64,000 nucleotides of DNA, taken from positions 144,170 through 208,169 of the forward strand of contig CALSSJ010000011.1 of the NCBI GenBank assembly GCA_943788985.1. The letters are read 5' to 3'. The translations under genes and the position numbers were made by a program. Of the stretch, positions 60,179-64,000 are shown piece by piece (position 1 is the stretch's first letter; every line of letters starts with the position of its first letter). The notes beneath the pieces were generated by a model. The model did no database searches. It was not told the origin of the DNA and saw only the letters and a list, made by a program, of their open reading frames with translations. This DNA is from an uncultured Lentisphaerales bacterium. Its GTDB lineage: Bacteria > Verrucomicrobiota > Lentisphaeria > JABSQK01 > UBA12247.

Positions 60179-61174
60179 ATGATGAATGAATCTGAAATGG
60201 ATTCCGACTGGTTTCACAACGCTAAGTGGGGCGTGTTCTGCCACTACGGTCCACAGAACGGCATTGATGGCTGGAATGAACAGATAGAGGCGTTTGACGT
60301 CGCTGGTCTGGCTGAGGAGCTCGCATCGACCGGGGCTGGCTATTTCTTCATCACCATCACGCACGGTCACGGGTTGTTCTGCGCTCCCAACGAAACCTAC
60401 GACCGCATCCTGGACGTGGGTAAGGTGCAGAGTCGCTGTTCAAAGCGCGACCTGATCAGCGATATCGCCGATGCGCTGGAACCGCACGGCATTCGTATGA
60501 TGGTCTACCTTCCGGCCGGGGCACCCTTCGGGGACCACTACGCGATCAAGAAGATGCGCTGGCTGTGCGGCTTTAACCTCGGCTGGGGCGTCGAAGGCAA
60601 CGCGCCACGGCCGGGACGCCGACCGGTTGAATTTATGCGGCATTGGGAGGCGGTAATCGCCGACTATTCCAAGCGCTGGGGCAAGAAGGTTCACGGCTGG
60701 TGGATGGACGGTGCCTGGTGGCCCGAGGAGATCTATCGCCACGACGACGAGCCAAATTTTAAAAGCTTGGCTGCGGCTATCAAGGCTGGCAATCCGGAGT
60801 CTCTTTGTGCCTTCAACGGCGGTTTGGAAACACCCATTCAGGTCCAGAGCGAATACGAGGATTACACCGCTGGCGAGATTGGCCACAACCTGCCCTTGGG
60901 GCTCAGGATGGCCAATGGAGCGCTGCGTCCGCTCTCGCGCTTCATGGATGGCACGCAATACCACCTGCTCACTCATCTTGGCAGCCATTGGGGAAACAAG
61001 CCCGCGCGCTTCCCCACCGAGTTGGTCGTCGGCTACACAAAATACGTCACCTCCCACCATGGGGTGATTACGTGGGATGCTGGCATTGAGCCAAGCGGCC
61101 ACCTCCAAAAGGGCCATCTGGAGCAACTGCGAGCGCTTGGAGCTGCCATGGAGCAGCAGGAGCCGCGGACATGA
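60179..61174 (+). CDS. Alpha-L-fucosidase-like (GH29-related) glycoside hydrolase
   Basis: WFHNAKWGVFCHY, GAGYFFIT, RDLISDIADAL, RWGKKVHGWWMDG, DYTAGE. Confidence 0.75.
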   Translation: MMNESEMDSDWFHNAKWGVFCHYGPQNGIDGWNEQIEAFDVAGLAEELASTGAGYFFITITHGHGLFCAPNETYDRILDVGKVQSRCSKRDLISDIADALEPHGIRMMVYLPAGAPFGDHYAIKKMRWLCGFNLGWGVEGNAPRPGRRPVEFMRHWEAVIADYSKRWGKKVHGWWMDGAWWPEEIYRHDDEPNFKSLAAAIKAGNPESLCAFNGGLETPIQVQSEYEDYTAGEIGHNLPLGLRMANGALRPLSRFMDGTQYHLLTHLGSHWGNKPARFPTELVVGYTKYVTSHHGVITWDAGIEPSGHLQKGHLEQLRALGAAMEQQEPRT

Positions 61175-62625
61175 GCCAGCCCAACATTGTTTTCATTCTA
61201 TGCGATCAGCTCAAGGCCACTGCCTCGCATCTCTATGGCAGCCCCTTCTGCACGACACCACAATTGGAGCGGATGGCCGGGGCTGGCACGCTGTTCGAAA
61301 ACACCTATACCCCGCACCCGCTTTGTGTGCCGGCGCGGATCTCTTTGTGGACCTCTCAGTATCCCCACACCCACGGTGGGCGTCGCAACCAAACCCTGAT
61401 GCCGCCCGATGCGACGCATGCGTTCAAGCAATGGAAGGCGCAAGGTTACCAAAACGCATTGATCGGCAAGAACCACTGCTTCAAAACCGACGAAGATCTG
61501 GCGCTCTTTGATGTCTGGTGCGAGGCCGTCCACCATGGACCGGTAAAGCAGCCGCCACGCGGCATGGATTGGGTGGTGGACCCAACGCCGGCCGCCGAGG
61601 CCTATGCGACCACGGTCAAGAACATGACCGAGTCGCCGCGGTTCTCGTACGCCATCACGGACTACCCCGATACCTGCTACAGTACCGGGCTGCTCACTGC
61701 CCAGGCGCTGCAGTTTCTCGCGGAGCCCAAGCAGGAGCCTTTCGCCCTGTGGCTTTCCTACCCAGACCCGCACGAGCCCTACATTGCGCCCAAGCGGTAC
61801 GTCGATATGATTCCCGAGGACGTGCCGCTCCCGCCACGGCGAGACGGAGAGTTTTCCGGACCCGAGGTGCCTGAGCGTGCCCGCGTGCTCCACGAAATCC
61901 TGGGCATGGACGATGACCGCGAGGAAGACATCCGCAACCAGCTACGGGTGTACCATGCCAATGTGAAGTTCATTGATGACAGTGTCGGGCGGATTCTCGA
62001 TGCGCTAGACAGCCACGGCCTGCGGGACAACACGATCGTCGTCTTCACCGCCGACCACGGGGACTTTGCTGGCGAGCATAACATGACCTGCAAGGGGGGG
62101 CTGTTCTACGACTGCCTCACGCGCGTACCGCTGATCATCTCTGGCCCGGGCATTCCCCAAGGCGTCCGTGACCAAAGCATGGCCAATCTTGTGGACCTCG
62201 TCCCCACGCTCCACCACCTGGCCGGCATCGAGATCCCCCGGTCGATGGCAGGCAAGCCGCTTCCGACCATCAGCCATGAGCCACCCCGAACCGCAACCTT
62301 CAGCGAGTACGGATGCGGCGCGCCGCTATTTACCATGGCGGACTTGGCTGAATTCGAGGTGCCATCCGGCCGCGCAGCCCTCTGCCGATCGCTGAACTGG
62401 CGGGAAGCGGAAGGCCGTCCCAAGATGGTCTGCACGCGGCAGTGGAAATACGTGTATGACCCCATGGGAGGTGGTGACGAACTCTTCGACTTGCAACGCG
62501 ACCCCGCGGAACTCAGAAACTTAGTCAACGATCCGGGCCACAGTACTGTCGTCTGTGAACTGCGGACACAGCTGCTGGCCTGGTGCGTGACCACAGAAGA
62601 TGCAAAGCCTGTGCCACTTCCATGA
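61171..62625 (+). CDS. Sulfatase (Cys-type)
   Basis: PNIVFILCDQ, CVPAR, IGKNH, PDPHEPY, TADHGD, ELFDLQRDPAE. Confidence 0.95.
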   Translation: MSQPNIVFILCDQLKATASHLYGSPFCTTPQLERMAGAGTLFENTYTPHPLCVPARISLWTSQYPHTHGGRRNQTLMPPDATHAFKQWKAQGYQNALIGKNHCFKTDEDLALFDVWCEAVHHGPVKQPPRGMDWVVDPTPAAEAYATTVKNMTESPRFSYAITDYPDTCYSTGLLTAQALQFLAEPKQEPFALWLSYPDPHEPYIAPKRYVDMIPEDVPLPPRRDGEFSGPEVPERARVLHEILGMDDDREEDIRNQLRVYHANVKFIDDSVGRILDALDSHGLRDNTIVVFTADHGDFAGEHNMTCKGGLFYDCLTRVPLIISGPGIPQGVRDQSMANLVDLVPTLHHLAGIEIPRSMAGKPLPTISHEPPRTATFSEYGCGAPLFTMADLAEFEVPSGRAALCRSLNWREAEGRPKMVCTRQWKYVYDPMGGGDELFDLQRDPAELRNLVNDPGHSTVVCELRTQLLAWCVTTEDAKPVPLP

Positions 62626-62775
62626 AACCCGAGGAGCGAAGGCTCAATGGCTAGCTCGACCGGTATGAAGCAGCGCTGCTGGGCGCATGACTATTGCGCG
62701 CCTTCGTTCTACATGGTCACGATTGTCACCGAACCGCGGCGCAGTTGCCTGAGTGAGGTGAAGATGAAGATGCAG

Positions 62776-62883
62776 GGGCAAGGGGCTGCCCGTGCCACCG
62801 AACCCGGGCAAGGGGCTGCCCGTGCCACCGAACCCGGGCAAGGAGCTACCCCTGGTTCGGTGGCGGGAGCTGCCCCAGTTCCC
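62776..62883. repeat. REP-like direct plus inverted repeat cluster inside the transposase CDS
   Basis: GGGCAAGGGGCTGCCCGTGCCACCGAACCC twice (62776-62835), a partial third copy, then an inverted relative GGTTCGGTGGCGGGAGCTGCCCCAGTTCCC. Confidence 0.85.
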
Positions 62884-63080
62884 GCATTCCTAACCCTTTC
62901 CCCACTCGGCGAGATCGTGCTTGAGGTGTGGCGGCGCACCAACAGCCTCTACCCGGGTGTAGAGGCATGCGAATGCGTGGCCATGCCGGACCACTTTCAC
63001 GGCATCCTCTGGGTGAAGAAACGACTGCCCCGTCATGTGGGCCACATCATTAAGGCTTTTAAGCGGGTGAGTGAGAAGGA

Positions 63081-63178
63081 ATGTGGGAGTTGGGGCAGCT
63101 CCCCCCACGGGACCAGCAAGGGGCTAGTCCTGCCACCACCCCCGGGTTCAATAGTGGGAGCTGCCCCAGCTCCCACAT
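63081..63178. repeat. 23-bp inverted repeat inside the transposase CDS
   Basis: ATGTGGGAGTTGGGGCAGCTCCC (63081-63103) versus GGGAGCTGCCCCAGCTCCCACAT (63156-63178), one mismatch. Confidence 0.88.
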
Positions 63179-63771
63179 CTCTCTGGGAAAAAGGCTACCA
63201 GGACAGCATCCTGCTGCGCCGCGGGCAGCTCAAAGCGATGGCGAACTACATTGCCGACAACCCCAGGCGCCTGGCTATCAAACGCGCCAACCCGGAGCTC
63301 TTTACCGTCGTCCGCGACTTGACCGTGGCCCCGGGACGCGCGTGCCCGGCCTTCGGCAACCTCTTCCTGCTGGACTACCCGCTCAAGCGCGAGGTACAGG
63401 TTTCCCGCAGCATCTCAGCGGACGCCTTGGCCGACAGGACAGAGGAACTGCTGTACGCAGCCAAGCACGGGGCTGTGCTCGTGTCGCCTTGCATCAGCCC
63501 AGGTGAGCGGGAGATAGCCCGCGCAGCATTGAACGCCGGGCTGCGCCTGATCGTCATTCTCGCAAACGGCTTTGGCCCGCTCTATAAACCCGCGGGACGG
63601 TACTTTGATGCCTGCGCCAATGGCCGCCTGCTCATGCTTGCCCCGCTCCCGTATCGTAGAGAGAAGACCACCATTACCCGCGAGCAATGCCTGACGCTGA
63701 ACGGCTGGGCACAGGATGTGGTGAACGACAGTGATTCAAAAACCGATTCTGATTAAACAAGGAACAAGACC

Positions 63772-64000
63772 ATGAGCGACAAGAAGAAGTCACCAGATCT
63801 TCAGGCTGAGATGGAGAATCTCTGGCACAAAGGCACCCAACAACGCGAGTCGATGGCCGACGCCATCACCGAATGGCAGGATGATGGCTTTGGCATCTTC
63901 ATGCATTTCTCCGCCAGCACCGCGTTCCAAGGGCGTTACCAGGGCGAGGAACTTAAGCGAGATCTCTGGGGCGAGTGGCTGATGAAGCGCGCCGAAATTC
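63772..64000 (+). CDS. Alpha-L-fucosidase (GH29)-like protein, 5' part, truncated by the window end
   Basis: MSDKKK..EWQDDGFGIFMHF..WGEWLMKRAEI resembles the GH29 N-terminal W..KFG.FIHW..EW pattern; RBS AAGGA. Confidence 0.7.
   Translation, partial: MSDKKKSPDLQAEMENLWHKGTQQRESMADAITEWQDDGFGIFMHFSASTAFQGRYQGEELKRDLWGEWLMKRAEI

Larger units (their letters stand above)
62647..63756 (+). mobile_element. RAYT/IS200-like Y1 (HUH) transposase fused to a C-terminal DprA/SLOG-like domain
   Basis: HDY..PSFYMVTIVT, MPDHFHGIL (HUH), IIKAFK, LWEKGYQDSIL, NYIADNP (catalytic Tyr); C-terminal GNLFLL..LVSPCISPGE..LIVILANGF..GRLLML. Confidence 0.82.

Overview
Bacterial chromosomal window, most consistent with a free-living, polysaccharide-degrading PVC-superphylum organism, probably Lentisphaerae-like. 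This is inferred from OmcB-like DUF11 proteins, no rpmD between rpsE and rplO, sulfatases and GH29-like genes. In order it holds: a single-chain acetyl-CoA carboxylase (CTalpha-CTbeta-BC-BCCP); sulfatase-pgl-suhB-lipoprotein; a ribosomal protein cluster that starts abruptly at rplV and runs to secY, then directly into rpmH-rnpA-yidD-yidC-jag-coaX; a partial type II secretion-like cluster; nudix and gpx; parE-parC coupled to a two-component system; rph-sigma54 activator-folA; an active plus apparently dead Deg/HtrA protease pair; an anti-sigma/vWA-like fusion; a decayed membrane/TPR locus; two tandem OmcB-like proteins; rfbB-arfB-queF-oleC-oleD; a TMTC-like glycosyltransferase; tolQRA; a GH42 remnant; oxidoreductase, GH29-like and sulfatase genes; and a RAYT-type Y1 transposase fused to a DprA/SLOG-like domain with palindromic repeats inside its own coding sequence. 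Many essential genes (rpsQ, rplX, rplE, rplF, rplR, rpsE) carry single extra bases in short homopolymers, which is best explained as sequencing/consensus error. No rRNA, tRNA or CRISPR array was recognised. All product calls come from motif recognition by eye; no database search was run.
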